Source of the DNA: Dehalococcoidia bacterium
GTDB taxonomy: Bacteria > Chloroflexota > Dehalococcoidia > Lucifugimonadales > UBA2985
Direction: 5' to 3'
NCBI GenBank assembly: GCA_965263185.1
Contig: OZ253588.1
Span: 1,665,454 to 1,729,453 of the forward strand
DNA length: 64,000 bases
Numbering within the stretch: the stretch's first letter is position 1; each line of letters opens with the position of its first letter. Below the pieces are notes generated by a model, which searched no databases, was not told the origin of the DNA, and saw only the letters and a list, made by a program, of their open reading frames with translations. Both the position numbers and the translations under genes were made by a program. Positions 48,490-57,200 of this stretch are shown here, one piece after another.

Positions 48490-48838
48490 ACATGACGGTG
48501 GCCTGCGCCCAGAGCCTCTCCAGGTGGTAGTACTCCCTTTCCTCCTGGCCGAAGACGTGGATAACCAGGTCTCCGTAGTCCAGCAGCACCCATCCACCGT
48601 CGGTGGTTCCCTCGCGATGGTGCAGAGCGATTCCAGCCTCGTTCATGGCTTGGTCAATGTCCTCCAGCAGCCCCTGCATCTGACGGCGGCTCTCTGCCGA
48701 GAGGATGACGAAGTAGTCGGTAAAGCTAAGGGGCCCGCGCATGTCTAGCATAACGATGTCTGTCGCCTGCTTCTCGGAGGCCACACTCACCGCCAGGCGC
48801 GCTGCCTCGACCGCTGCCATCTGAGTTTTCTCCATCAC
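48476..48838 (-). CDS. rsfS: Ribosome silencing factor
   Basis: KQATDIVMLDMRG...TDYFVILS....WVLLDYGDLVIHVF pattern. Confidence 0.88.
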   Translation of the reverse strand: MMEKTQMAAVEAARLAVSVASEKQATDIVMLDMRGPLSFTDYFVILSAESRRQMQGLLEDIDQAMNEAGIALHHREGTTDGGWVLLDYGDLVIHVFGQEEREYYHLERLWAQATVMFKIQ

Positions 48839-49001
48839 CTACTTACAGTTTACTGCGTTGCCTGGTATGGGTCAACAACGGCCTAGCGCTGTCCCTTGAC
48901 TGGCTCCGTCGATATCGCTATTCTCGAATGTGCTTGGAACGACGGGAGAGGCCCCGGATTCCGGGAGACCCGTCCGGGAAGTCGTCTGGAGGTATCCATA
49001 G

Positions 49002-50102
49002 ATGAGCAAGGGTAAGGTGGTTGTAGCCATGAGCGGAGGCGTGGACTCCTCGGTCGCCGCCTGCCTGCTGAAGGCGGAGGGCTACGACGTGGTGGGCGTT
49101 ACCATGAAGCTGTGGAATGACGACCGGCCGGACGACGCGCCCCGACACTCCAAGGGTTGCTGCTCCATAGAGGACGTAGAGGACGCCCGCCGCGTGTGCC
49201 AGATCATCGGCGCGCCCCACTACGTGATGAACTTTCAGAGGGAGTTTCAGGCTCACGTAATCGACTACTTCGTCAGCGAGTACCAGGCGGGCCGCACGCC
49301 GCATCCATGCCTGGCCTGCAACGACAAGATAAAGTTCGACTTCCTGATGAAGAGGGCCAACGCCCTGGACGTGGAGTACGTGGCAACGGGGCACTACGCG
49401 CGTCTGGACTCCTGCAATGGCCGCCCGCGGCTTCTCAAGGGCATCGATCCCCTAAAGGACCAGTCGTACGCGCTGTTCAACCTGCGTCCCCACCAGATGC
49501 GGCGCCTCCTTCTGCCGGTTGGCGGATACTCCAAGGCTGAAATAAGAGACGTGGCCCGTGACGCCGGCCTGCCAGTGGCCGACAAGCCCGACAGCCAGGA
49601 GATATGCTTCATCCCCATGAATGACTACCGCGCCTTTCTGGCCGAGAGGTCCGCGCCCACTCCCGGCGACATAGTGGACACTATGGGAAACGTTCTGGGC
49701 CGGCATGAGGGCATTGAGCGATTCACCGTCGGCCAGCGCCGCGGCCTCGGCATTTACTCGGAGAGGCCGACGTTTGTCCTGTCCCTGGACCGGGATAGCA
49801 ACCGCGTGGTAGTGGGGCCTGCCGAGGGACTGCTCCAGAGCGCCCTGCTGGCCGGCGGCATGAACTACCCGTCCGGCGTCTCTCCGGAAGGCCCGGTGGA
49901 GGTTGAGGCAAAGATACGCTACAAGTCCACCCCGGCGCAGGCCACCCTGATACCACTCGAGGATTGGGCTGAGCTCCGGTTCCGGGAGCCGCAGCGGGCC
50001 ATAACCCCCGGACAGGCCGTAGTATTCTACCAGGGCGACGAGGTCCTGGGCGGCGGCTTCATAGAGGGCGCAGCTAGAGGTTGTGAGGGAGATAGGCTGT
50101 AG
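49002..50102 (+). CDS. mnmA: tRNA 2-thiouridine(34) synthase
   Basis: VVVAMSGGVDSSVAA PP-loop, CCSIED, ATGHYAR. Confidence 0.92.
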   Translation: MSKGKVVVAMSGGVDSSVAACLLKAEGYDVVGVTMKLWNDDRPDDAPRHSKGCCSIEDVEDARRVCQIIGAPHYVMNFQREFQAHVIDYFVSEYQAGRTPHPCLACNDKIKFDFLMKRANALDVEYVATGHYARLDSCNGRPRLLKGIDPLKDQSYALFNLRPHQMRRLLLPVGGYSKAEIRDVARDAGLPVADKPDSQEICFIPMNDYRAFLAERSAPTPGDIVDTMGNVLGRHEGIERFTVGQRRGLGIYSERPTFVLSLDRDSNRVVVGPAEGLLQSALLAGGMNYPSGVSPEGPVEVEAKIRYKSTPAQATLIPLEDWAELRFREPQRAITPGQAVVFYQGDEVLGGGFIEGAARGCEGDRL

Positions 50103-50116
50103 GGAGGTAGCCGGGG

Positions 50117-50536
50117 TCAGGAAGGCGGCGTCGGCTGCCCAGCGGGAGGAGGAGCTACCTTTAGCGGTAAGGTGGTAGCCTCCATTTCATCCACGAGGAA
50201 AGTTATCTGATAGTCCCCATATGCGGAGAATCGCACCATTTGGAATCCCAAGGCTATTCTATGGGTTCTGTGGGTATAGGTCGGCGCAGGCTCCGGTACC
50301 TCTATTGTGACATTAAGGGATGACACTACGTCTTTTCCATCGGCATCCTGTAGGTGCATGCGTATGCGCTTCCGCCCTGCTTCTAATCTGCTGAACCGAA
50401 GCGCAATCACTGCGAAGAATGAGGGGTGAACCGTAGGGACCTGCGTGGCATGTATGGTATCAAATCCAATGCCCACTGCCGTTAGCTTTGCGGACTGCTC
50501 GGCGTGGTCACATAGAAATGCGAAGCTAACTTCCAA
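50117..50536 (-). CDS. Hypothetical protein (low-GC islet), TTG start
   Basis: 139-aa ORF with GGGGAGA SD. No domain recognised with confidence. Confidence 0.5.
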   Translation of the reverse strand: MEVSFAFLCDHAEQSAKLTAVGIGFDTIHATQVPTVHPSFFAVIALRFSRLEAGRKRIRMHLQDADGKDVVSSLNVTIEVPEPAPTYTHRTHRIALGFQMVRFSAYGDYQITFLVDEMEATTLPLKVAPPPAGQPTPPS

Positions 50537-50542
50537 GGTAGC

Positions 50543-50791
50543 CTATCTCCCCTCTAGTCTAGTCCCATAGCCTGTCCAAGAATTATACTGCTGATAGGGC
50601 CGAACATCCTCATTTGGTGTAATATCTGCCAATCGGATGAGATGGGTTAGCAGTCCTATATTCAGGATACCACGCGGGATGGAAAGTTGTAGCCATTCAT
50701 GTTCACAACACGGTGACTTCCCTTTCCTCGACACTCTATCATATATGGACATGACCGGATGGCGTCCCGATGGCAAGTCCTTGCAAGCCAT
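50543..50791 (-). CDS. Possible 82-aa hypothetical protein upstream of the 139-aa ORF
   Basis: Ends 6 nt before the next start and contains its SD. AT-rich. No homology recognised, so it may be non-coding leader. Confidence 0.2.
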   Translation of the reverse strand: MACKDLPSGRHPVMSIYDRVSRKGKSPCCEHEWLQLSIPRGILNIGLLTHLIRLADITPNEDVRPYQQYNSWTGYGTRLEGR

Positions 50792-50815
50792 CCGTCTTTA
50801 GGCTAACATAACGGC

Positions 50816-51622
50816 GTGGCATCACAAGACAGCCCCCCACGGCGAATAGGGTCTCAGGAGCAGTTCGGGCGTCAGGCCCGCTACTACACACAGAGCGTTG
50901 GGCACAGCTCAGGCGAGAGCATTCAGGTGGTCCGCGAGTGGGCCTCCGGAGGCCGCTACCAAAGAGCCGTGGACGTTGGCACGGGTACTGGGTTCACAGC
51001 CTTTGCCATAGCCCCCTACGCCGACAGCGTTATTGCCTCCGACTTGACGCCGGCCATGCTGCTGGAGGCCCGCTCCCTGGCCGCGCAGCAGGGCATTGCC
51101 AACCTGGATTATGCGCTGGCCGCCGCGGAAGACCTGCCCTTTGGCGATGGCTCTCTAGACCTGCTCACCTGCCGTATAGCGGCACACCACTTCATGGATA
51201 TGGACAAGGCCGTCTTGGAGTGGCGTAGAGTCCTGGCCCCGGGGGCAATGCTCATCTTCGCGGATACAACCTCCCCGGAGGATGCTCCCACTGCCCTCTG
51301 GATGAACGACGTAGAGGAACGGCGGGACCCAAGCCACGTTCGTAACCTCTCGCCATCCCAGTGGATTGAGCTTCTGCAAGCCAATGGCCTGTCCGCCATC
51401 GACTCCACCATCACCCAGGTGCCACATGACTTTGACGACTGGGTGCGCCGGTCCGGCACTCCGCCGGACGTTGTGGAGGGCCTGCGCCGCGACTTCCTGA
51501 ACGCTCCACCCGGAGCGGTTGAGGCTTTTGACATTCGGCAGGGCGAGTCAGGCGTCATCAACTTCGAGTGGGCCTGCGTGGTGGTGAGGGCCGTCCGAGA
51601 GGCCGCGGAGAGCGCGGGGTAG
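50816..51622 (+). CDS. Class I SAM-dependent methyltransferase (Methyltransf_11-like)
   Basis: VDVGTGTGFTA motif I, SDLTPAML, LPFGDGSLDLL. Confidence 0.8.
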   Translation: MASQDSPPRRIGSQEQFGRQARYYTQSVGHSSGESIQVVREWASGGRYQRAVDVGTGTGFTAFAIAPYADSVIASDLTPAMLLEARSLAAQQGIANLDYALAAAEDLPFGDGSLDLLTCRIAAHHFMDMDKAVLEWRRVLAPGAMLIFADTTSPEDAPTALWMNDVEERRDPSHVRNLSPSQWIELLQANGLSAIDSTITQVPHDFDDWVRRSGTPPDVVEGLRRDFLNAPPGAVEAFDIRQGESGVINFEWACVVVRAVREAAESAG

Positions 51623-51659
51623 GCGCTATCCCCCAGTCTCGCACGGCCATTGAGTCAAC

Positions 51660-52679
51660 ATGGCGACCTCATCTCCGCCGCCCACCTTCGCCGAAGAAAC
51701 GGTCCTCCATAACAGGGGTTATCGAATCATTGCCGGCGTAGATGAGGCCGGACGCGGGCCGCTGGCGGGGCCGGTGGTGGCCGGGGCGGCCGTCATCCCA
51801 ACCGGCTTCAGCGCGCCGTGGCTGGCCCACGTCCGGGACAGCAAGCAGCTCACTCCACGACGGCGAGAGAGCATCTTTCGGGACATCCGGGAGACGGATA
51901 TGGCCTGGTCGGCGGGCGTCGTATCTGCCGCAGAGGTGGACTCCCTGGGGATAGTCGCAGCCACCCGGAAGGCTATGCTGCTGGCAATACAAGCGCTCCC
52001 TGAGCCCCCGGGCTTCATTCTCATCGATGCCGTACCACTGCCGGAGAGCGGAATCCCGTACAAGGCCATTATCAAGGGGGACCAGACCTGCCTGTCGATA
52101 GCCGCGGCATCCATCATCGCCAAGGTCACCCGCGACAGGATGATGATGGAGGAGGACGCGAGATACCCCGGATATGACTTTGCGGCCAACAAGGGGTATC
52201 CCACCAGGGCGCATCTGGAGAGGCTTCACGCGCTGGGGCCGTGCCCCATACACCGGCGCTCCTTTGGCCCCGTGAGAGCCGTAGTGAACGGAGCCATGCC
52301 CGATAACGCTCGCCACATACGGCTGGGCCAAGCGGGAGAGAGGGCAGCCAGGGGCTACCTTGAGAGCAGGGGCTATACCATCCTGGACACCAACTTCCGC
52401 TGTCCCTACGGTGAGGTGGACATCGTCGCTTTGGACGGAGGCAGCCTGGTATTCCTGGAGGTCCGCACTCGTCGTAGCAGCAGTGCCTTTGGGCTTCCGG
52501 AGGAGTCAATAACGCCGGACAAGCAGAGAAAGCTGATCGCCACAGCCGAGACCTACATCCAGTCCAGGCCTGGCCTGCCGGGCGACTGGCGCATCGATCT
52601 GGTGGCGGTGGACGTGGACGGCGGGGGGCGCATCACCCGTATAGAGCGGACTGAGAACGCCGTTACGTACGCCCAGTAG
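51660..52679 (+). CDS. rnhB: Ribonuclease HII fused to a YraN-family (UPF0102) endonuclease domain
   Basis: aa 1-210: GVDEAGRGPLAGPVV, DSKQL, IAAASIIAKV. aa 220-339: GERAARGYLESRGYTILDTNFRCPYGEVDIVA...LVFLEVRTR is the YraN pattern. Single uninterrupted ORF. Confidence 0.8.
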   Translation: MATSSPPPTFAEETVLHNRGYRIIAGVDEAGRGPLAGPVVAGAAVIPTGFSAPWLAHVRDSKQLTPRRRESIFRDIRETDMAWSAGVVSAAEVDSLGIVAATRKAMLLAIQALPEPPGFILIDAVPLPESGIPYKAIIKGDQTCLSIAAASIIAKVTRDRMMMEEDARYPGYDFAANKGYPTRAHLERLHALGPCPIHRRSFGPVRAVVNGAMPDNARHIRLGQAGERAARGYLESRGYTILDTNFRCPYGEVDIVALDGGSLVFLEVRTRRSSSAFGLPEESITPDKQRKLIATAETYIQSRPGLPGDWRIDLVAVDVDGGGRITRIERTENAVTYAQ

Positions 52680-52767
52680 CCGGCATGAGCCGTGTAGAGT
52701 CTGCGCTCCAAAATTTGCGCTTGCGAAATGGGCGCTTTTGCGGTGTAATAGAGAGGCAGGAGGTCAT

Positions 52768-53130
52768 ATGCCCATCTACGAGTACCGTTGTGAAAGCTGC
52801 CGGCGAAAGTTCGAGATGCTCAACCGCAGCTTCTCAGAGATCAAGGAGCCCGTCTGCACCCACTGCGGCGCTGCCGGCGGCGCCCGCGTCATGTCCCGCG
52901 TGACCGTCATCAAAAGCTGGGCCGACTTCATGGGCGATATGCCTTCTTGGGATTCCATGAGCGATTTTGACGAGGACGACCCCCGCAGCGTCGCCGATAT
53001 GCTCAGGACGATGAAGGAGGAGACCGGCCAGGACATTGGCCCCGAAGGCGAGGAGATGCTGGCCCGCTTGGACGCCGGCAAGATGATGGAGGATGAGGAA
53101 ATGGACGGCGGCGGGGACTTCGGCTTCTAG
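52768..53130 (+). CDS. FmdB-family zinc-ribbon protein
   Basis: MPIYEYRCESCRRKFE......CTHCG opening. AGGAGG SD. Acidic tail. Confidence 0.75.
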   Translation: MPIYEYRCESCRRKFEMLNRSFSEIKEPVCTHCGAAGGARVMSRVTVIKSWADFMGDMPSWDSMSDFDEDDPRSVADMLRTMKEETGQDIGPEGEEMLARLDAGKMMEDEEMDGGGDFGF

Positions 53131-53158
53131 GCCTTACGGCCAGAAGGCTCAGGCGCGT

Positions 53159-53818
53159 ATGGATATCTCCATCAGAAGGGAAACAGCACGGAAGGTCGGC
53201 GGCCTGTACGTCATCGTGGACGCCCAGGTTGCTCAGGGCAGGGACCTTGTGGAGTTGAGCCGCGCAGCGCTCCAGGGCGGCGCCAAGGTCATACAGCTGA
53301 GGGACAAGCTCCACGACAAGGGCGACGTTCTACCCGTTGCCCGCGCCATCCGCGATCTGTGCGACCGACACAATGCCATCCTCATCATCAATGATCACGC
53401 CGACCTCGCCGTTGCCAGCAGTGCCCATGGGCTGCATCTTGGCCGGCACGACCTGCCGGTAGGGGAGGCCCGCGCCATACTGCATCCTCACCAGATCATC
53501 GGTACGTCCAGCGCCCTACTGGAGGAGGCGCTGGAGTCGGAGGAGCAGGGGGCGGACTACCTGGCGGTGGGCGCCATATTCCCAACGGACACCAAGGAGA
53601 AGACCAGGCCGGCGGGGTTGGAGACGCTGGAGAGAGTCAGGCGGCGTACCTCCCTTCCACTGGTTGCCATTGGGGGCATCAAAACGGACAACGTCTTGCA
53701 GGTTATGCAGGCGGGAGCCGACGCCGCGTGCGTCATCTCCGCAGTCATCGGCGCCCCGGACCCCCAGGAAGCCGCCAAACGCTTGATTGAGGCCATGCGC
53801 TCAGCCGGTTCGGGCTGA
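53159..53818 (+). CDS. thiE: Thiamine-phosphate synthase
   Basis: LYVIVD......IQLRDK....LIINDHADLA....GLHLG...GAIFPT..K pattern. Start trimmed to MDISIR. Confidence 0.88.
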   Translation: MDISIRRETARKVGGLYVIVDAQVAQGRDLVELSRAALQGGAKVIQLRDKLHDKGDVLPVARAIRDLCDRHNAILIINDHADLAVASSAHGLHLGRHDLPVGEARAILHPHQIIGTSSALLEEALESEEQGADYLAVGAIFPTDTKEKTRPAGLETLERVRRRTSLPLVAIGGIKTDNVLQVMQAGADAACVISAVIGAPDPQEAAKRLIEAMRSAGSG

Positions 53819-53867
53819 CCCGCGCCATACTCGACCGTACGCGGCTAAAGCCCCCCGCGCTCCACGG

Positions 53868-54110
53868 TCAGCCCTGATTCTCCAGAAGGCTCCTGTCCGT
53901 AACCGACGGCTCACGCGCCAGCTCCCGCCGTATGGTGGCGACCCACTCCGCATCGAGGCCCAACGCCGTGGTCACCACCTCGTCTATCTGGCGGCGCACG
54001 GGGTCCTCGTGCATTCGGGGGAATGGCAGCAGCGTATCGTCGGCTAGCCGGTCAAAGCAATCTTCCAGTAGCCCAAGCTCTGCCGCGCCCAGGGCCACGA
54101 AGTTGGGCAA
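53868..54110 (-). CDS. 80-aa hypothetical ORF (TTG start), in frame with the upstream PH-domain gene
   Basis: Kept open in both copies despite a highly diverged N-terminal half. No domain recognised. Confidence 0.45.
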   Translation of the reverse strand: MPNFVALGAAELGLLEDCFDRLADDTLLPFPRMHEDPVRRQIDEVVTTALGLDAEWVATIRRELAREPSVTDRSLLENQG

Positions 54111-54194
54111 CTCGCTGACGCTTCGCTTCCTAGGGCCGCGCCGTGTCCGTTGCCGGAACGTCCGGTTCCGAGAGCGATTCTGCTGGGGTGGCGG

Positions 54195-55511
54195 TTAGTG
54201 GGGCGGGTCCGCGACCAGGCGCTGCAGACGCGCCGTGAATACCTCCACCTGCCCCTTCTTCCGGGAATGGTGGCGGCTCATGTCGTCCAAACCGTCAATC
54301 ATGTGGCTGGCGTATCCCAGTGTGGCGTCGATGCGGAGTTTACCGCCGCCACGGGATACACTGGCTATTCCATGGAGCGGCAACTGGGAGACGTGCTTGT
54401 CGTCCCTACTGTTGGACACAAACAGAAGCCGGCGGTTGGTGGCGGCAATGATGCCGGAGTGTCCTTTCTCCCATTGCAATTCCGGACTGTAGGTGCCCCA
54501 GAGCAGGCCCTCGAGGTGTTCGTCGTTATCGAGAATCTCGGCCAGTTTATTGCGCTCGTTTCTGTGGTTGTCCCGGTGCCCCCATATCGGGTGTAGCAGC
54601 CGCCAGTCAGCGAGAATCCTGGGTTGCCCGGAAACCTGCCGTGGCGCAGCCGCGTGGTCCCGCATAATGTTGACGAAAGGCAAGGCGTCAGCCTCCCGCC
54701 GGAAGTGGGCTGCGTATACTTGGCCTCCCTGGTCAACGAACCTGACCTCTTGACCTTCCGTGTGTTCCGTGTATTCCACTGCCAGGATTGTCCCGGGGAG
54801 GCAGCTTGCGATTACTTCCTCCGCCCGCGCATGAAGGAGCAAATCGGTGTGCACAGCGAGCGTAATGAGCAGTATACGGCGCCCGGTGTCCACAGCGAGC
54901 GCCGGCCGGCCATACCATGATGTAGACCAATACTCCGGTTCACCCCCGCCTCCACTGTAATGTTTGGAGGGCTTATGGTAGACCGTTTCCGGTCCCGCTG
55001 AGCAGTGCGCCCAGTGGCGGACCTGTTCTCCAAGTGCCAGGACATGGGAAAATGCCGCCGCGACCGACTCTTCGTCGCTCAGCAGATGGCCTCTTACAAA
55101 CCGGGAGAACTCAGCGGCCGCAAATTGCAAGTCCAGGTCAAAGACTGCTGCCGACTCGCTGCCCGTAGCATTGCCACTTCCCGACCCTCTGAGCCTAACC
55201 CTGCCGGGTTCCGGTTCCGTGATCTCGTCAATTTCCAGGTAAGTCAGACCAAAGCGGTTCTTGGACAACCGGCCCCGTTTCAGCAAGATTACCCGGCGCC
55301 CGGTAGCGACCACGACCCCCCGGTCATGGCGGGAGCCCCACACTACATTCTTTGTGTCAAAGCCGCATGAGTGCAGTAACTCGACGTCTTCGCCGGGTTC
55401 CAGCAGACCGTAGAGCATCTTGCGCTCGCCCTGGTAGTCTTTCCGGCCCCAGCCCGGTTGCAGGGCTTGCCACTGGTCGTCGATGCTTCGGATTTTCTCG
55501 CGTTTCGGCAT
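54195..55511 (-). CDS. Protein with three YokE-like bacterial PH domains
   Basis: Three units of ..W..L.P.WG....ER..L...L...E.........G.(V/I).AT.RR.(I/L)L(L/F).. Start set at MPKREK with GGAGGAG SD. Confidence 0.65.
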   Translation of the reverse strand: MPKREKIRSIDDQWQALQPGWGRKDYQGERKMLYGLLEPGEDVELLHSCGFDTKNVVWGSRHDRGVVVATGRRVILLKRGRLSKNRFGLTYLEIDEITEPEPGRVRLRGSGSGNATGSESAAVFDLDLQFAAAEFSRFVRGHLLSDEESVAAAFSHVLALGEQVRHWAHCSAGPETVYHKPSKHYSGGGGEPEYWSTSWYGRPALAVDTGRRILLITLAVHTDLLLHARAEEVIASCLPGTILAVEYTEHTEGQEVRFVDQGGQVYAAHFRREADALPFVNIMRDHAAAPRQVSGQPRILADWRLLHPIWGHRDNHRNERNKLAEILDNDEHLEGLLWGTYSPELQWEKGHSGIIAATNRRLLFVSNSRDDKHVSQLPLHGIASVSRGGGKLRIDATLGYASHMIDGLDDMSRHHSRKKGQVEVFTARLQRLVADPPH

Positions 55512-55560
55512 GTATCTCCTCCGTACTGCCAATGTTGCCAGGGCATCCTTGGCGGCTCCG

Positions 55561-55851
55561 CTACCCCCTGTCCCCGCAGACCTCATCCCTAGCCGCCTTC
55601 AGGTCATCCAGCGGGGCGGCTTGGCTCACGTAGATGTACTGTTTCTTAGCATCATCCAGGTTCCGGGCAGTGGGGAACATCATCATCATGCTCTGCTCGA
55701 AGACTGGGTCGTTCTCGGCCATGCAGTCCAGCGTCTCCTTGATAACCGCCTCCTTGCTGTCGCTGGCGCAGGCCACCGCCAACAGTATGCCCAAGGCCAT
55801 GATGATGCACAGCGCACGGCCCCAGCGGCCGCTAACACAGGTAATCGCCAT
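55561..55851 (-). CDS. Small lipoprotein, unknown function
   Basis: Signal peptide with lipobox LLAVAC. Mature part about 68 aa, with Cys residues at mature positions 15 and 64. Confidence 0.5.
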   Translation of the reverse strand: MAITCVSGRWGRALCIIMALGILLAVACASDSKEAVIKETLDCMAENDPVFEQSMMMMFPTARNLDDAKKQYIYVSQAAPLDDLKAARDEVCGDRG

Positions 55852-55899
55852 TTTCCAACACCTCTCTGTTTGAAGGATGGCCGCATCAGGCCGGTGGCG

Positions 55900-56172
55900 C
55901 TAACCGCTCTCCATGGTGACCTCCTTGTCTCCCCCGCAGGCGGCGAAGACCATTGTTGTCAACTTTTGACGGAGACAGGCGTCGGCGTCCTTGATGGCCT
56001 GCGCCTTGCGGTGGAATCCTGTCTCCGCTTCCAAGACAACGCGCAGACCGTCAACATCTGCCACGACATCCATCTTCCTGGTTCTGCCCCTCTGCTCGTA
56101 GTCCGCCGGTATCCCGCGCTCGGTAAGGAGCTTTGCCAGGGCGCGGTTCCGGAAGTCCTCCTGCTTGTTCAT
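55900..56172 (-). CDS. 90-aa protein with minimal PD-(D/E)xK / HSDR_N-like pattern
   Basis: EDFRNRALAKLLTERGI..(helix), KMDVVADVDG, LRVVLEAET, then a helix and a beta-strand. The catalytic Lys position is not conserved (EAE). Confidence 0.45.
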   Translation of the reverse strand: MNKQEDFRNRALAKLLTERGIPADYEQRGRTRKMDVVADVDGLRVVLEAETGFHRKAQAIKDADACLRQKLTTMVFAACGGDKEVTMESG

Positions 56173-56230
56173 CCTACCAGCTTACCACACGTTTGGGACG
56201 CGACGTATACGTCCGTGACGTGGGAGAAGC

Positions 56231-56425
56231 CCGCCTGGTTCCGCTCATGCCCTTCGACACGCTCAGGACGAGCGGACACCCTAGCCCGTTCATGGTGAGC
56301 TTGTCGAACCAGGTGAGCGGGCATCCAGCGAGGAGGCCCCCAGGGATGGATTCCTGCCTTCGCAGGAATGGTTGTGGGGCGCCGTCGTTATGCCCGTCAC
56401 GCGTAGGGGCGGTTCGCGCACCGCC
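56231..56425. repeat. Composite intergenic hairpin repeat, locus R8
   Basis: Two FDKL-type modules, GGATTCCTGCCTTCGCAGGAATGG hairpin, degenerate ATGCCCG palindrome, GTAGGGGCGGTTCGCGCACCGCC hairpin. Confidence 0.85.
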
Positions 56426-56528
56426 GGGATTGCAAGAATGGCTGCATCCTTCCAAGATTGTCTTAAGCATTGCTTTGTGCCATAATGTAAGGCAGTAGTA
56501 GATGTAGCAATGCAGGGAGGGCGCCTCC

Positions 56529-56762
56529 ATGATTGAATCTGGTATAACTGCGAAAGGTCAGACCACGTTGCCCAAGGCCGTCCGGGAAGCGCTGTCCATA
56601 CAGGCCGGGGATCGTATACGGTACGTAATAGAGGGCGGTGAGGTCAGGATTCTGCCTGTGCGCCCCATCAACCGGCTGTACGGCGTACTCCAATATGATG
56701 GTCCGGCTGCCACACTGGAGGACATGGAACGCGCCATCATGGACGGAGCTACTGAGGCGTGA
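56529..56762 (+). CDS. vapB: AbrB/MazE/SpoVT-fold antitoxin (VapB-like)
   Basis: KGQTTLPKAVREALSIQAGDRIRYVIEGGEVRILP swapped-hairpin motif. GTGA overlap with vapC. Confidence 0.8.
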   Translation: MIESGITAKGQTTLPKAVREALSIQAGDRIRYVIEGGEVRILPVRPINRLYGVLQYDGPAATLEDMERAIMDGATEA

Positions 56763-57166
56763 TAGCCATTGATACCAATGTCATCGTTCGCTATCTGGCG
56801 CGTGACGACGCGACACAGGCTGAAGCGGCCCGATTGTTGCTTGAGGCGATCACGTCTGAGCGGCCGGCCTTCATCTGCCGTGAAGTCGCAATAGAGGTGG
56901 TCTGGGTACTGGAGAGGGCCTACAAGTTTACGCGTTCACAGATTGCGGATGTGATTTTGGAGCTAGCGGCTACGGACGGCGTAGTCATCGAGGAGGCGGA
57001 GGATGTGGTGCATGCCGCCATTCGCTATCGACAGACCGGCGCTGACTTCTCAGACCTGATGATTCTCGCAGCAGCCGAACGCATGGGCGCCGGACCCCTC
57101 TACACGTTCGACCGCAGGCTTGCCCGTGTAGACGGCGCAACCCTGCTGGAAGCAGGCCAGCTATGA
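56759..57166 (+). CDS. vapC: PIN-domain toxin VapC
   Basis: IAIDTNVIVRYL (first acidic residue), EVVWVLER, FSDLMILAAAE, YTFDRR. Confidence 0.85.
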   Translation: MIAIDTNVIVRYLARDDATQAEAARLLLEAITSERPAFICREVAIEVVWVLERAYKFTRSQIADVILELAATDGVVIEEAEDVVHAAIRYRQTGADFSDLMILAAAERMGAGPLYTFDRRLARVDGATLLEAGQL

Positions 57167-57200
57167 GGGCGACAGGGAGCGGCTGAGACCGCTCCGCCAT

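Larger units (their letters stand above)
53868..56172 (-). repeat. Segmental duplication, copy A of a 2.3-kb four-ORF cassette
   Basis: Collinear with 57201..59505. Homology starts exactly at the 80-aa ORF stop and ends at the 90-aa ORF start codon. Confidence 0.9.

Noticed and set aside
53131-53158. TPP riboswitch upstream of thiE, or upstream of thiL at 45699..45771
   Set aside because: The gaps are too short and lack the THI-box (CTGAGA..ACCC...). thiE seems co-transcribed with the FmdB-like gene.
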